Positions 12,761 to 24,954 of a stretch of DNA of 64,000 nt are shown piece after piece (positions within the stretch are counted from its first letter, which is position 1; every line of letters begins with the position of its first letter). Location: the NCBI RefSeq assembly GCF_009834535.1, contig NC_045697.1, positions 57,414,001-57,478,000 of the forward strand. The letters run 5' to 3'. The translations under genes and the position numbers were made by a program. Under the pieces are notes generated by a model. That model was given only the letters and a program-made list of their open reading frames with translations. It was not told where the DNA came from and ran no database searches. The DNA is from Camelus ferus. Lineage: Eukaryota.

Positions 12761-14370
12761 TTTTTTTAATTGAAGTATAGTCAGTTTAAAACATTGTGTC
12801 AGTTTTTGATGTATAGCATAATAGTTCAGTCATATATATACATACGTATATTCATTTTTATAATTCTTTTTCATTAGCGGTTACTACAAGGTATTGAATA
12901 TAGTTCCCAGGTCCTATACAGCAGAAATTTGTTGTTTATCTATTTTGTATATAGTAGTTAGTATCTGCAGATCTCGAACTCCGAATTTATCCCTTCCCAC
13001 CTCCATCCCCTACTGGTAACCATAAGTTTCTTTCCTATGTCTGTGAGTGTCTGTTTTGTATATAAGTTCATTCTTTTTTTTTTTTTTTTAGATTCCATAA
13101 ATGAGTGATGTCATCTGGTATTTTTCTTTCTCTTTCTGACTTAATTCACTTAGAATGGTGATCTCCAGGTCCATCCATGTTGCTGCAAATGGCATTATTC
13201 TATTCTTTTTTATGGCTGAGTAGTATTTCCATAGCTTCTTTATCCAGTCATCTGTTGTAGGACATTTAGGTTGTTTCCATGTCTTGGCTATTAAATAGTG
13301 CTGCTATGAACATCGGGGTGCATGTATCTTTTTAAGTTAAAGTTTCCCCTAGGAGCAGGGGTTGCTGGATCATAGGGTAGGTGTATTTTTAGGTTTTTTT
13401 TTTTTTTTTTTTTTTTGGCTGCACCAAACTATATCCCAACCAATAGTGTAGGAAAGTTCCCTTTTCTCCACACCCTCTCTGGCATTTATCATTTGTGGAC
13501 TTTTGAATGATGGCCATTCTGACTGGTGTGAGGTAGTTTTTATTGTATTTGTAGTTTTAATCTGGATTTCTCTGATAACTAGTGATAGTGAGCATTTTTC
13601 CACTTGTTCATTAGTCCATTTCAGTTCATTAGTATTTTGTCATTGGAGAAATGTTTGTTTATGTCTTCTACCCAGTTTTTGATTGGGTTGTTTGGTTTGT
13701 TTGTTGGTTGGTTGGTTTTGGTTTTTTTTGTTTGTTTGTTTGTTTTGGTTATTGAGTTGTATGAGATGTTTATATATTCTGGAAATTAAGCCCTTATCTG
13801 TCACATCACTTGCAAATATTTTCTGCCATTTCATTTTATTTATGGTTTCGTTTGCTGTGCAAAACTTTATAAGCTTAATTAGGTCTCATTTGTTTATTTT
13901 TGCTTTTATTTCTATTGCCTCAGTATACTGCCCCAGAACATTGGTACAGTTTGTATCAGAGAATGTTTCACCTCTGAAGCCCAAGCTTCAGCGCTCAGTC
14001 CCTGTCAGCTCTCTGTGCTAACCTCTCTCCATTCTTTCTGCCACAAAGCAGCTTCTGTGCTCTCCTATGAGGCTCTGAAGCTTGCCTTCTGTCCCAGCTA
14101 AACTCCTCAATGGAGAGAGGGTTTCCCAGAGTGAGGATGTTTTTCCTTTTTCGCCACTCCCTCCCTGAGGGGCAGGTTTTATCCTGATTTCCTTCTTTTT
14201 TCCTCCCACCCGGTTTTGTAATGAATTTCTTGTAGCTTCACTTGTACAAGATCTTCTGCCAGAATTCAGTAGATATTCTGGGAGAATTGTCCCACATGTA
14301 GCTGTATTTTTAATGTATTTGTTTGAGAGGGTGAGCTCCACATCCTCCTATTCTGCCATCTTGAAGCCTT
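12761..14370 (-). mobile_element. Lineage-specific (camelid-like) L1 with both termini but a large internal deletion (5'UTR fused to late ORF2)
   Basis: Poly(T) and 3' end 'tttttttaattgaagtatagtcagttta' at 12761. ORF2 C-terminal remnants in the ORF track (13370-13603, 13640-13834). L1 5' end with a YY1-type motif (minus strand cttcaagatggcagaataggaggatgtggagctcacc) at ~14335-14366. Junction at 13971/13972. Confidence 0.88.
14355..14363 (-). promoter_or_regulatory. YY1-type motif (CAAGATGGC) at the L1 5' terminus
   Basis: 'gccatcttg' on the plus strand. CAAGATGGC near +1 is the established YY1 site of mammalian L1 promoters. Confidence 0.7.
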
Positions 14371-14575
14371 TCTTCTCCTTCATCTTATAAGGATCTCTCC
14401 ATTCTTTGTGACACTGTCAACATCCTGCCAACTTATTCTAAGGAGTGGAACATAAAACATAAGCAAAATATGTTTACTCAATACAAAAAATAAGAAAATA
14501 GAAAAGAAGAGACTGATACCTGTTGGTAGACTATTTCATTTGTGGTATTTTTTCAATTTTCTATCCCCCATAAAA

Positions 14576-14680
14576 GGTAGTGTGGCTTAGTGGACAGACC
14601 ACTGGATTCAAAATCAAAGGACCTGAGTTCAATGATTCTACCCTAACAAGGTGCACAATATCAAGCATCAATTTACAATT
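14576..14680 (+). mobile_element. MIR SINE fragment
   Basis: 'gtagtgtggcttagtggacagaccactggattcaaaatcaaaggacctgagttcaa' resembles the tRNA-derived MIR head. Confidence 0.6.
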
Positions 14681-15774
14681 ATTGCATTTTGTCTTACCAT
14701 CAGACTTATTGGGAATATGCTTAACACAACATAATGGTTGTGGAGTAACTTAATCATTTTAGATTTACTTTATCTTTAAAATGGAGTCAGTCTATTATTT
14801 TTGTCCTAAAAGAATGTGTTTTTAAGTTTTTTTTTTTGTTTTAAAGGAAAACTAAAAATAATTAGTAATTCTCATCATAAGTTTTACTACGAAGAAAAAT
14901 AAAATGTTTTAAATACCAAGTAAAGTTTTAGGATAGGAGTCAGTTCATATGTTGGCAATATGAACTCACCCAGCGTTGTCTTCCAAATCGTTTTTAGTAC
15001 ATCATTGGCTAACGTGTGCTTAGACTAACACTTATTGACCCATCTGTGGCTGGTAGCACTCTGCTCTCTGTTTATGGCTAATTGCCTCATCTACTCTCTT
15101 TAAAGTGACATGGTAAGTTAGAGTAACAGCTCCAAACACTATTATATCATTTGTTTAAGGGACCCTAGACAGATAATTAATACAGTGCACCACAGGTTGA
15201 AATCTAGAGCTCATAATGAAGACTTAAAATCTATAACTCCACCCAAGGGCACCTCTCAGGAACTCAACTCTGCCCACTCAAGCAGTTAAAAGGATCACAC
15301 AGTATTTTACTGCACTACTCTTAATATTTGCACTTGAAGCACAGAAAGCTTCCTGTAACCATACATTCTTATCTTATATTCTCAAATCTTATATCACTTC
15401 ACTGTAGCTTGGTTCGTGCATCCATGCCATTTATATATTCTAAGTGAATGTATCAGTGAATACTATTTTAATGTATTCCTTTATAAATATTTACCTTTTT
15501 AGAAAACATTAATATACTGTATGATTTTAACTTGAATAATAGTAAGATGGAAGAGACTATAATGAAAAAACATCAAACTGTATAAATTAAAATAATTTTA
15601 TCCATCATAGTTAAATTAAGGAATTTCATCTTATAAAAATACTTTTAGCATGGTATTCAATGCTCAGGGTAAACTCTTAATAAAAAAGCATTTACTTTTA
15701 ATCACAATTTCTGATTTGAAAAACAAGTAAGAGTTTTAAAAGAATAACAATGTTCTGATAGAAATGGAATAGGG

Positions 15775-15885
15775 TCTCAATTACTCACTACTCTGTAATA
15801 GAGAAATATATCCATGCAGTTTGTCATGTAATTTCCACAGTGAGTAGAGAATTTTCCCCTGCCTCACTGATGTTGGACTTGCATA
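15775..15885 (+). mobile_element. MLT1J-like MaLR LTR fragment
   Basis: 'ccatgcagtttgtcatgtaatttcc...gagaattttcccctgcctcactgatgttggacttg' resembles the 5' part of MLT1J. Confidence 0.5.
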
Positions 15886-17468
15886 GTATTCTGTTAATAC
15901 AGTATAGCTAACAACTATAACTTCCATGTTTGGATATTCATCAGAATAGCGTAGCTGCTTCCTGCTGGAAAATCATTCAGTGACCACAGAGAAGACTCAG
16001 GGCAGAAAATGAGAAATGTGTTCAATATATTGTAATTGAGGTGAGGTGTTGTTGGTTTAAAACTGCATCCATCTAGTTGTCATCACACCACTTAGAGTGA
16101 AAAGATGAGCCCAGAGGAAGTGAGAGGTAGAAGAGGTGTGAGATACACCCCTCACACAGGGCGATCAGCCTGTAATTTGCACTAAATACAATAAGTCACA
16201 TAATCTCCATGGTGTTCTTTTATAGGAAAAAAATTAGCATAGGAAGATTAATGTCTCCACCTACATTTCATACTGTAGCATCTGGTCCTAAGGCTGTAAT
16301 TGATAATTTTATCTTCTCCCTTCTCTCCTATCCATTTTAGATTCCTTATCCTCTTGGCCACATAACTAGTTTCTTATCTTAAAACATTATAACCCTTAGT
16401 TACTTTATTGTTGTAAGTCTGGGGCTATTGAAGTTATCATTCATGGTAATTACTGGACATGGAAGCACCAAGAAACACCTCATTCAATCTCTTTTCTTTC
16501 ATTTATGAGTTCTTTCCATTGTGTAACAGCAAACCAATGTACTCCTCATGAAGGTCAATGCCTCCTACAAATATAGTAAATCCTTTCTTAAAACGCGTTG
16601 TTCCAATCTCATAAGAATATCAAAAAATCAGGGGTAGTTATAGCTTCAGATCAAGTATAATATTAATTATGTCCCTTGATAGAAGCATTATTGCCTCCTC
16701 TTGCCTTGAGATTCAGGGATTCCTGTCTTGAACCTAAGGCAATGTGAATGGGAAATATAACTTCCACAAACTAGCTGCTGGGATTGTTGGTAAAAAAAGA
16801 AGGTACAATTTTATTGTATGCCCTTAGTTTCAGACTCACCTATTCTAGTTATTCCTCACCACAAATTAGGTTCATTACATTTGCCACATCTTGGGTGACA
16901 GATCCTCAATCTGCATCATCTTGTGCCTCAGCTAACTCTTTATCTGAGAATTAATGAGGCAGTTCTCTCATTCTGTTAGGCTTGCTACTTCTGGTATATC
17001 CTCAGGTCATATACCAATTTTATGCATATTTCACTGTAAAATTAATTCCTTGTTTTGTGTTGATGAAAGATCCTGTCAGTAAATTAGGATCAGTTTTTTG
17101 GTCCTGTCGTAGACTGTGCATGCCAATCTTTTCCAACCTGGTTACCTCTAATTACTTGATAATTGCTAGAAATTTATTCTAAGATCACACCCAAGATCCG
17201 TTGCAGAGTTCTCCTTTGCTTTGAGCCCCATTCACAACTGGCTACCATTTAAGTCATCTGATTAATAAAAATGAGCACAGTTTTCAAGTGTGGTATGTTC
17301 TAACTTCGGAATACAAAGAGGTCCGTCAAATGTCATGCCTCTCTTTCATTCTAAAAGTTACAAATTGCAACAATCTGCCTTAATCTTAGAGAATATGCCC
17401 AACATGCTCTAAGTCAATGGACTCCTAAATAGTTTATTTATGTGGCATAACCAATATTTTGGTGGGGT

Positions 17469-17800
17469 TCATCTTATACTTTTAAAATTCATGAGTCTTA
17501 CATGCATGTGTCTTACAGGAAGGGTACCTGCTGCTTCCTCCTTACCAGGTACATTTAGTAGAACATAATTAATACAGTGAATCCAGGATGAAGTCTGTGA
17601 AATATCAAGAATATCAAGTTCCTTTAGAAATATAATATCCATAAAGCAGTGCAACAGAAAGCTCTGGGAAAAGACAGTTACTATACACTGCAGTCTTCCA
17701 AACAAAAAACACTTTTGATTTTTTTCTCCACTGACAGATATTAAGGAAAAATTGCATTTTTCCAGATCAATAGCTACATACCCAATTCCAGAAACTATTT
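17469..17800 (-). pseudogene. pol: Dead ERVL reverse transcriptase fragment
   Basis: YVAIDLEKCNFSL...NQKCFLF...TVFSQ...ELD...HCINYVLL...EEAAGTL.VRHMHVR aligns by eye to ERVL RT (YAAIDLANAFFSI...QKQFAF...TVLPQ...DLD...HYIDDIML...EVANTL...VRHLHAR). The catalytic YIDD has decayed to CINY. Confidence 0.85.
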
Positions 17801-18545
17801 TATTTCCATCTTGTGGAATGGCTGGCGATGGAAATACATGGATAAGCATAGAGTAGTTCTCCAATACCTTCCAATGTCCATTTGCTTACTTTAGGGACCA
17901 TCATAGTGCATATCATAGTGATCGCTATCCTGTAATGCTTGTGTATTTGGTGTTAGTGCTATGCTAATCTCTGTTAAATTTTGATAAAAAAATTAGTATC
18001 GATACTGTTGTCTGTCTTAGATTGTGTGTAGGGCATTACACTTGGTTCTTCTTACCAAATATCTTCTAGTGTCATCAGCTAATTATATCCATTCTAATTA
18101 TGCATTATGGGACAGGGAAATTAACAGAGTGGGTCAGTAGACCCATTGAAACCAGCTGAGATGCACATGGACCATAATTCTATTTATGACGTGAATTCTA
18201 TACATTTCTCCTCTACATGGAGGACTAAATTATGGTGTATGGAATCCCCTGATGCAATTTTGAGCTCAGAGCCTACCTACTAGTAATATCTCTGCATAAT
18301 CAAGGTATTCATTTTTCCCTAATCCTTTGATTAAAGGTGATAAAGGACTGGGAAAATTCTTGTCTTATATATTTGTCTTATATATTTAGTGTAGCATTTC
18401 AGAGTTTTTGCTTAGAAGTATGTGTCTTCTCCTTTACTCTGGATCTAAGATTTGGCTTAGATCTGGAAACTACTAAGAGAATGTGATTGTAGCAGCTGAT
18501 GTCAGCACTTTGCTCTCAGCTTTCAATTTTTTATGTCTCCATGAA

Positions 18546-19176
18546 TGCTGCGTCCAGTGTGATGCAAGACTTAAGAAACAGAGACCAAGTAAAGAGCAAA
18601 GATGGGACAGGGGACTCAAGATCTTGTGGATCCAGAGTCCCAAAAGCCTGGTCGACATCATATTTATTAGGAGTATACAGCTCAGAAAAAAAATGCAATC
18701 GAAGAGGAGAGGCTTTAGATATTCCATGTGATAAACACTAACTTCTGCTTGCTATTTAACTGATTAATTTCAGGCCTATCCCTTCCAGGAACAATCACCT
18801 TCCTCAGGGTATGCAAAATTTCTAAATCTATCCTGTTATTGCCTCCAGGACACCTCGAGATAGCAAATATTTCCCCTGGGCTTAACCGCATGCTTTCATG
18901 CCAGAACAAAGTTCTCTTAATGGGCGATCTGGCTTTCCAGGACCATGCATTGTTTTACCCTAAGGAAATATCTGCCCTCCTTCGTGCCCTTATGATCAAT
19001 CTCATGATTGCCCACCTCAAATTTTCTTTAGCATAATACGTGCTATAGGTCATCTACTGCGTAAAACTTTAAAACTAAGCAAGCATGTGCATTTTAAGCA
19101 AGCAAGTGTGAATATAATATTTTAAGCTCATGGAAATTTAGGCGCGGCTTGTTTTCCAGCAGCTTATTTCCCAGCA
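18546..19176 (-). mobile_element. Solo LTR, class II (ERVK/betaretrovirus-like), 631 bp
   Basis: Begins TGCTG and ends CAGCA (terminal inverted repeat). Flanked by a perfect 6-bp TSD CATGAA (18540-18545 and 19177-19182). AATAAA on the minus strand at ~18663. Several CpGs retained. Confidence 0.85.
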
Positions 19177-20765
19177 CATGAATAAGTCAAGAACCAAGCT
19201 GGTTAGCTCCAGAAGTATCTTGACCCTAGTAATACAATGGTCTTTTAGCATTGTGAGTTATCCCTGTAGGTCAAGTCATCAAGGTTGCCACTCTAACCTT
19301 GATGCCCATTAAGGTAACTATATCCACCCTTCTTTGTTTGTTAATTGGAACTCCCAGGATTCTAAAATTTCAGAATCCTATTAATTCCAATGAAACTAAG
19401 GAGCACATTTCCATGGTCACATCTCTTACTGTTAACTTTGATTTCCAATTCAACCACCACTGAGCTTTTCAAACATGCCAATACACTTCATCTTTTATTC
19501 CTTACTGAAGAAAAAAAATTTTTTTTTCCATATTTGTTCTTCTTGCTTTATTGAAGTGTGTCCTCTAGGTCCTTCTGGGAAACATAGTCAAGTGGTAAAT
19601 TCTGTTGTCTCCCTAGTAAGTGCATTCTAACCTTAGTCCAGAACTATCCGACTTCCATACTCTGCTAAGACAAAGTCCTAGGCATTTCTACCTCCATGAA
19701 GCCATCTTTGTTTCCAAGTTTCATGGAGCTATTCCTAGAAGCATTTTAAAATTTGTCTTAGGTTTCCTTCTCAAGATATTAAACATGATTAATAAGTAAA
19801 CACCTTCATTTCAATAAATTATTCCCCTATCAAGCTCTACATTTTACTCTACCTGGCCCAACTGATTCAAAATCGATTACAGCATAATGTGAGGCACCTA
19901 CTCACTCTGGCTGAGAACTTTTCAGTGTTTCCTCCATGGAGGATAAATGAGGTGTTCTCACTTGCCCAAAGGATTAGGAGAAATGTGTGTGTTCGATATT
20001 CTTAAGCTTCTCCACTCAAATATCACTGGAGAGTCTAGGTCCCAAGTGTCCAGCCTCTCCCTATCAGAGGTCTTGGCAAAGAGAAGCACATCTTAGCTAT
20101 TATACAGATATTATTATTAGTATTACAATAATGGCTCTTAAAAGAAAAACAGCAAATGAGCAATCTGATAATTCCTAGCCACAGTGGGAAGCATAGAAAA
20201 TCAACAAAGAAGATGAATATTGCAGTTTCTGTTTTTATTTTCAAATTAATGCTCTTTTAAATTTGACATTCAAATCACCTGTTTTAAAGAAGCAGTATAA
20301 CAAAGCTCATATTCAACTATTTTTTTTTCTTACAATTTGTTCTGAAGTGTTCTCTTTAGCTAGTGGAATAAACCTAAGAGACAATTCATATCATACAACT
20401 CTCTATTAAAGTGTATCTGATAATTCCTATTTGCTAATCACCTCACTCTTGAATTTTTTCTGTAATAGTATTGAAATACTAGTTCTGTGAACTTCACATT
20501 TTGTTTCCTTTCTTAGCACTTTTAAATACAGTGTTTGGCTAGTAAGTCTTAAACTCCATGCATTATCCTGATGAATCTATCTTTTTAAATTAGAAATTAT
20601 ACCATCCCTTTTGATAAATCAAAGCCAGTCATAATCTTTTTGCTTTGTATGACATATATATTACATACATAAGTTATTACACTTTTCATGTCTTATTAAA
20701 TCATTATTTACATATCCATATTTCCTATTAGATCATTATTTTCTTAATAGCAATATCATGTTTTA

Positions 20766-20811
20766 CTTTTTAATATTTTTATTGATTTATAATCATTTTA
20801 CAATGTTGTGT
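20766..20811 (-). mobile_element. Ultra-short 5'-truncated L1 tail (~46 bp) with 15-bp TSD
   Basis: Insert 'ctttttaatatttttattgatttataatcattttacaatgttgtgt' is flanked by the direct repeat CAATATCATGTTTTA (20751-20765 and 20812-20826). Confidence 0.85.
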
Positions 20812-21269
20812 CAATATCATGTTTTATTTATCTTATTTGTGTTGTAATAGCAAGTTCTAAGTAAGTCCTGTTGTGCTTGACTCTACCAAATACCCCATCA
20901 CACTCTATTTTTCCTCATGGAAATGTATTGCCTATCTACAATCTATGTCAGAAAGCCAGACGTCATAACTTAAATCTACTCTTGTATTAGATCGTGCATT
21001 TTTCTTTCACTTAATTTTCCACTTAGTTCCCCATAAATTATAAAATTAACAGGCCATATTGAAATATGCCCCCCTCCCTCCATCCAGACCAACCCCATTT
21101 ACATATGTACTTTCCTTTAATCTTCAACTTAGCAATAATCAATCTTGAGTAAATTGTTCTCAAGCTTATCCATATAATGGTATATTGGGCTTATAATAAA
21201 AGTGAAAAGGGAAAAAATATAACATTTATTGTAAGCTCAATTTATGAAGGAATTTCTATTTATAAAGTA

Positions 21270-21440
21270 TTTTATCTTATTCACAAATAATCACCTGATA
21301 TTAAATGTCCCTATTATATACATGAGTAAAACATGGTGCCAGTAAGCTAAATAGTCTTGCCAAGGTTATACTAGTAATAAGTGGTAAATCTACAATTTAA
21401 AATTTAAAATTGTTTTCCAAAGTCCAAAAGCCATTTTCTT
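21270..21440 (-). mobile_element. MIR SINE fragment
   Basis: Degenerate MIR core 'catgagtaaaacatggtgccagtaagctaaatagtcttgccaaggttatactagtaataagtgg'. Confidence 0.6.
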
Positions 21441-22954
21441 TATAAGATTCCAGTGTACATAGAAGCTAAATTGACTATTTAGTACTGCATGCCAAGTTGG
21501 AACACCTTTTTTTACACAACAAAATATGTACATTCTACAATATTCTACTATTTTTAAAATCAATGAAACTATTACTCATTAGACTTAACATCTGAATGCT
21601 GTGGGAGTATGTTTTCTAATAATCCTTAAGATGTCTTTGAAACTAGAGTAAAAATAGATTTCTTAGAAAGTAAAATCCCTGTAACTAATTTTTAGGGAAG
21701 GAGAGGATCAAACGTGCTTAGAGAGAGAAATGAACACAAACACAGAAACCCAACAGCACACACATTTACAGAATACTCATTATATTTGTAGTAGAATAAC
21801 ATTTTGAGATTAAAAAAATGGAGGTTTTTTCCTCCTCTGTAGAAATATGAAAGCCTTCTCGAACTCTGCTCATACCACTTTTCTTACATACACTTGGCAG
21901 AGTTAAGTCATGTGGCCACACCTCACTGTAAAAGAGGCACAAAGAAAATGTAATCTTTGTTCTGTACAACTGTGTAGTTTATGTTATTGTACAAGAAGAG
22001 AAGGGCTAGTGTGGCACAGATAACAGTTTCTACTACCAGAAGCAATCCTCAGTGTCTGTTACTCATTTTCAGTCACCCAGAAAATTTGTAATTTAAATTT
22101 TAAAAATTCTGTCATTATAGAAAAGAAGTCACATTTCATGTATAACAAAATGTGTAAACCATTTGTACCCACAGCACACTTTTGGGATGAACATTAGAAA
22201 ATTACATCACCAAAATAATTTGGAGTCACATTTCTATCAAGAACAGATGAAGAACCATACATTTTAAGCTCATCTATTAGTAGTTACTTCTCATGGCCAT
22301 CTGGATGTCCCTTTGTGGTGATTTCTTTTTAACATCTTATAATCACATTGTAATTGGCAATTTCTTAGAAAAAATTAAGAAGGCATTCCTTTATAAAATC
22401 CAAATGTTCCTAACATAAGTACAGTTTAAAAGATTTAAACGGTAACAAAAACAATTCTTTAACTATCACAGATTTTTGTAGCAATAAAATTTTGTCTTTT
22501 GAATAAGTGGCAAATGGTTTAGCTATCTAAGGATTAGAGGTTGAAATGAATTATCTAAATGTCAAGCAAAACAAAACTTATATCTTAAATTAGCACATAA
22601 TTTGAGGTATAATTTATAAATTTGTATATATTACAAGCAACAAAATATTTAAGACAGATAAAATCAATTTGTAATCATTTTTTAAGATACAAAGATGTTA
22701 TTGACACAATTTTGCAAAATTGCAATATAGATTGCAAAATAAGCATGCTAGCACCTTTCTATTAGAAAACATTTTATTATGTCATGTCAGCTCCCATTTG
22801 CCTATAATAGTGGGAAAATTTTTGCTTAGAAGGTGTCTTGGTAATTTTTCAAGAGCCTTGAAGGCTAACTCAAGTTAGGGAGTCAGCCCTGTGTCAAATG
22901 CAATATAGAAACAGGGATGGGTATTTTGATTTGTCCTATAATGGTAGAATTTTC

Positions 22955-23040
22955 ATGTGTCCTGGGTTGCTTGTGAAAATCCCAGGAAACACTGTTGTTC
23001 TAGAATAATTATCAATAGCACTCACTTTCACTCTTTTAAA
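22955..23040. mobile_element. MER94-like hAT-Blackjack DNA transposon fragment
   Basis: 'gtcctgggttgcttgtgaaaatcccagg...tgttgttctagaataattatcaatagcactcactttcactc' resembles MER94. Confidence 0.55.
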
Positions 23041-23677
23041 TATATGAACCAGAACATGGAGTTGAAACCCACCAACCAGCATTACTTTGTGACACTCCTA
23101 GTTTTCAATTTACTTTGCTGATTCAAGGAAATTAAAAAAATATTAATATATGTGTTTTATTATAGACTGCCTTTTAAAAATTTAAGATAGTGTAATAGCA
23201 TATGTAAGTCAGATGCACTCTGTCCTTTGAGATTCCTAAGAATGTGTGTCTACTCCTGGCATATAGCCTGGAAATTGCTCCTGAATGCCAATTTTTTTGA
23301 AGATAGTAAGAAAAGAATGGCAGGTGATGACTTGTGATTTTCTTAGACCCCCCCTAGCTAATGATTTTTATTTCTCTTTAATATTTTGATGTCCTACATA
23401 TAGCACCACTTATCCTTATCACATGGAATAAAGTAGCTACACAATGCCTTTTAAAAAACTTTTAGTATAACACACACACCCCCCAAACAAACACAAACAA
23501 AAACATAACAAAAATATTTTCTTATAGTTGTAAATTTCTGAAGATTTTGAGCATGCAGCAGGTTCTCAATGATGAAATTTTACAAAGTAACTAATATAGG
23601 TCATCTAAATTCTTGAAATGTACTTTGACAGTTGTGGAAAATCAAGTTCCAGAATTCTGCCAGTTCCCCAGCTCCCT

Positions 23678-23986
23678 TTATTTCTAACATTACTGGTCGC
23701 TGGGAAGCCCAAGATCGAAGTGCCAGCTAATTCGGTTCCTGTGGGAGCCCTCTTGCTGGCTCAGAAAACATTGCCTTCTGGACGCACCCTCACACGGCGG
23801 AGAGAGCAAGCTCTGGTGTATCTTTGCCTTCTTATAAGGGCACTAATCCCATTAGGGGAGCTCCACTCTCATGATCTCATCTAAACAGAATTACCTCCCA
23901 AAGGCCCCACCTCTGAATGTCATCGCGTAAGGGTTAGGACTTCAACATATGAATTTTGAGGGGACACACATAGTTAGTTCATAACA
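23678..23986 (-). mobile_element. MLT1A/MLT1A0 MaLR LTR (partial)
   Basis: 'cttataagggcactaatcccatt...acctcccaaaggccccacctc...ttcaacatatgaattttgagggga...ataaca' is the classic MLT1A terminus. Confidence 0.9.
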
Positions 23987-24649
23987 GAGGATAATTTTAC
24001 CTGTTCTATCTAGAAAAATGTAAGTCAAATTACAAATTTTTTCAGAAAGAATGCACTCATGACTGTCAAACATAAAACATACTACAGATAAGTTTTCTGT
24101 GTAAATAAAATGGAACATTCTGAAAATCAGATTCTGGCTATTTGCATCAAGATATTTGATCTAAGAAGATCCTTAAAATGCAATGCCAATGAAAACATTA
24201 TGTAATTTTAGGTATCTTTTAGCTCCTCCTAATAATAATCTAGTTGAGACATGTTAGTCTAATGTAAACTTTTTAAAGAGAAGATAAACGTATTTTGTGC
24301 ATAAGTAAAGCAAAAACATTTTTTTAAAAATCATTGCAATTTCCTTGTACCAGTGACTTAAAGATTTTTTTTTAATAAATAAAATGAATATTTCTATTCT
24401 AAATTAAATGCCAGTGTATTATTGAAATATGTCAGTAGGTGCTTTTTCATTGTAATTTCATGGACTTCTTATATTTATATATATAAAGCAATTAATAAGA
24501 TTTGAACAAATATAGATCAACAACTACTATTATGGGAAGAATAGCATTGTGTGCAAGACACAGAGAATTCACTGGTTTATTGAGTTATTGAACAAATTTT
24601 ATATTCTCCATTAAATAAAATACAGATAGAAGGAAGTGAACTTCACCAA

Positions 24650-24954
24650 ACCTCTAAAGATAATGGAAAGTTAGAGGAAGAATATTTAGTTAGATGATCT
24701 GGGAATTTTCATGAGTGAGGTGGCATCTGTGCTAGGACATCTTAAAGAATATGTAAAATGTTGATATATGAGATGACAGTAATGGCAGTGCTGTCAGCGG
24801 GGTGACCATTACTAACATACTCTAGTGGAAAATTATCAGGCATATATTATCTCAGATAAAATTTAAAAACACTAGTAGACTTTTAGGGCAGACAATAGAT
24901 AATCTTGATAATAGTGTAAGTAACATGGAGTTTATCTTGTAGACAAAAAGGGCT

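Larger units (their letters stand above)
15930..20080 (-). mobile_element. Highly decayed ERVL-class (class III) provirus with gag-pro-pol remnants, interrupted by a younger LTR
   Basis: RT-like ORF at 17469-17864. Protease-like remnant 'GSELKIASGDSIHH' on the minus strand at ~18220-18275 (ERVL GSELTLIPGDPKHH). ERVL-like 3' internal sequence at 16400-16480. Outer boundaries are uncertain. Confidence 0.75.

Noticed and set aside
19277..19304. 10-bp perfect inverted repeat catcaaggtt/aaccttgatg
   Set aside because: About one such stem is expected by chance in 64 kb, and it lies in decayed ERVL sequence.
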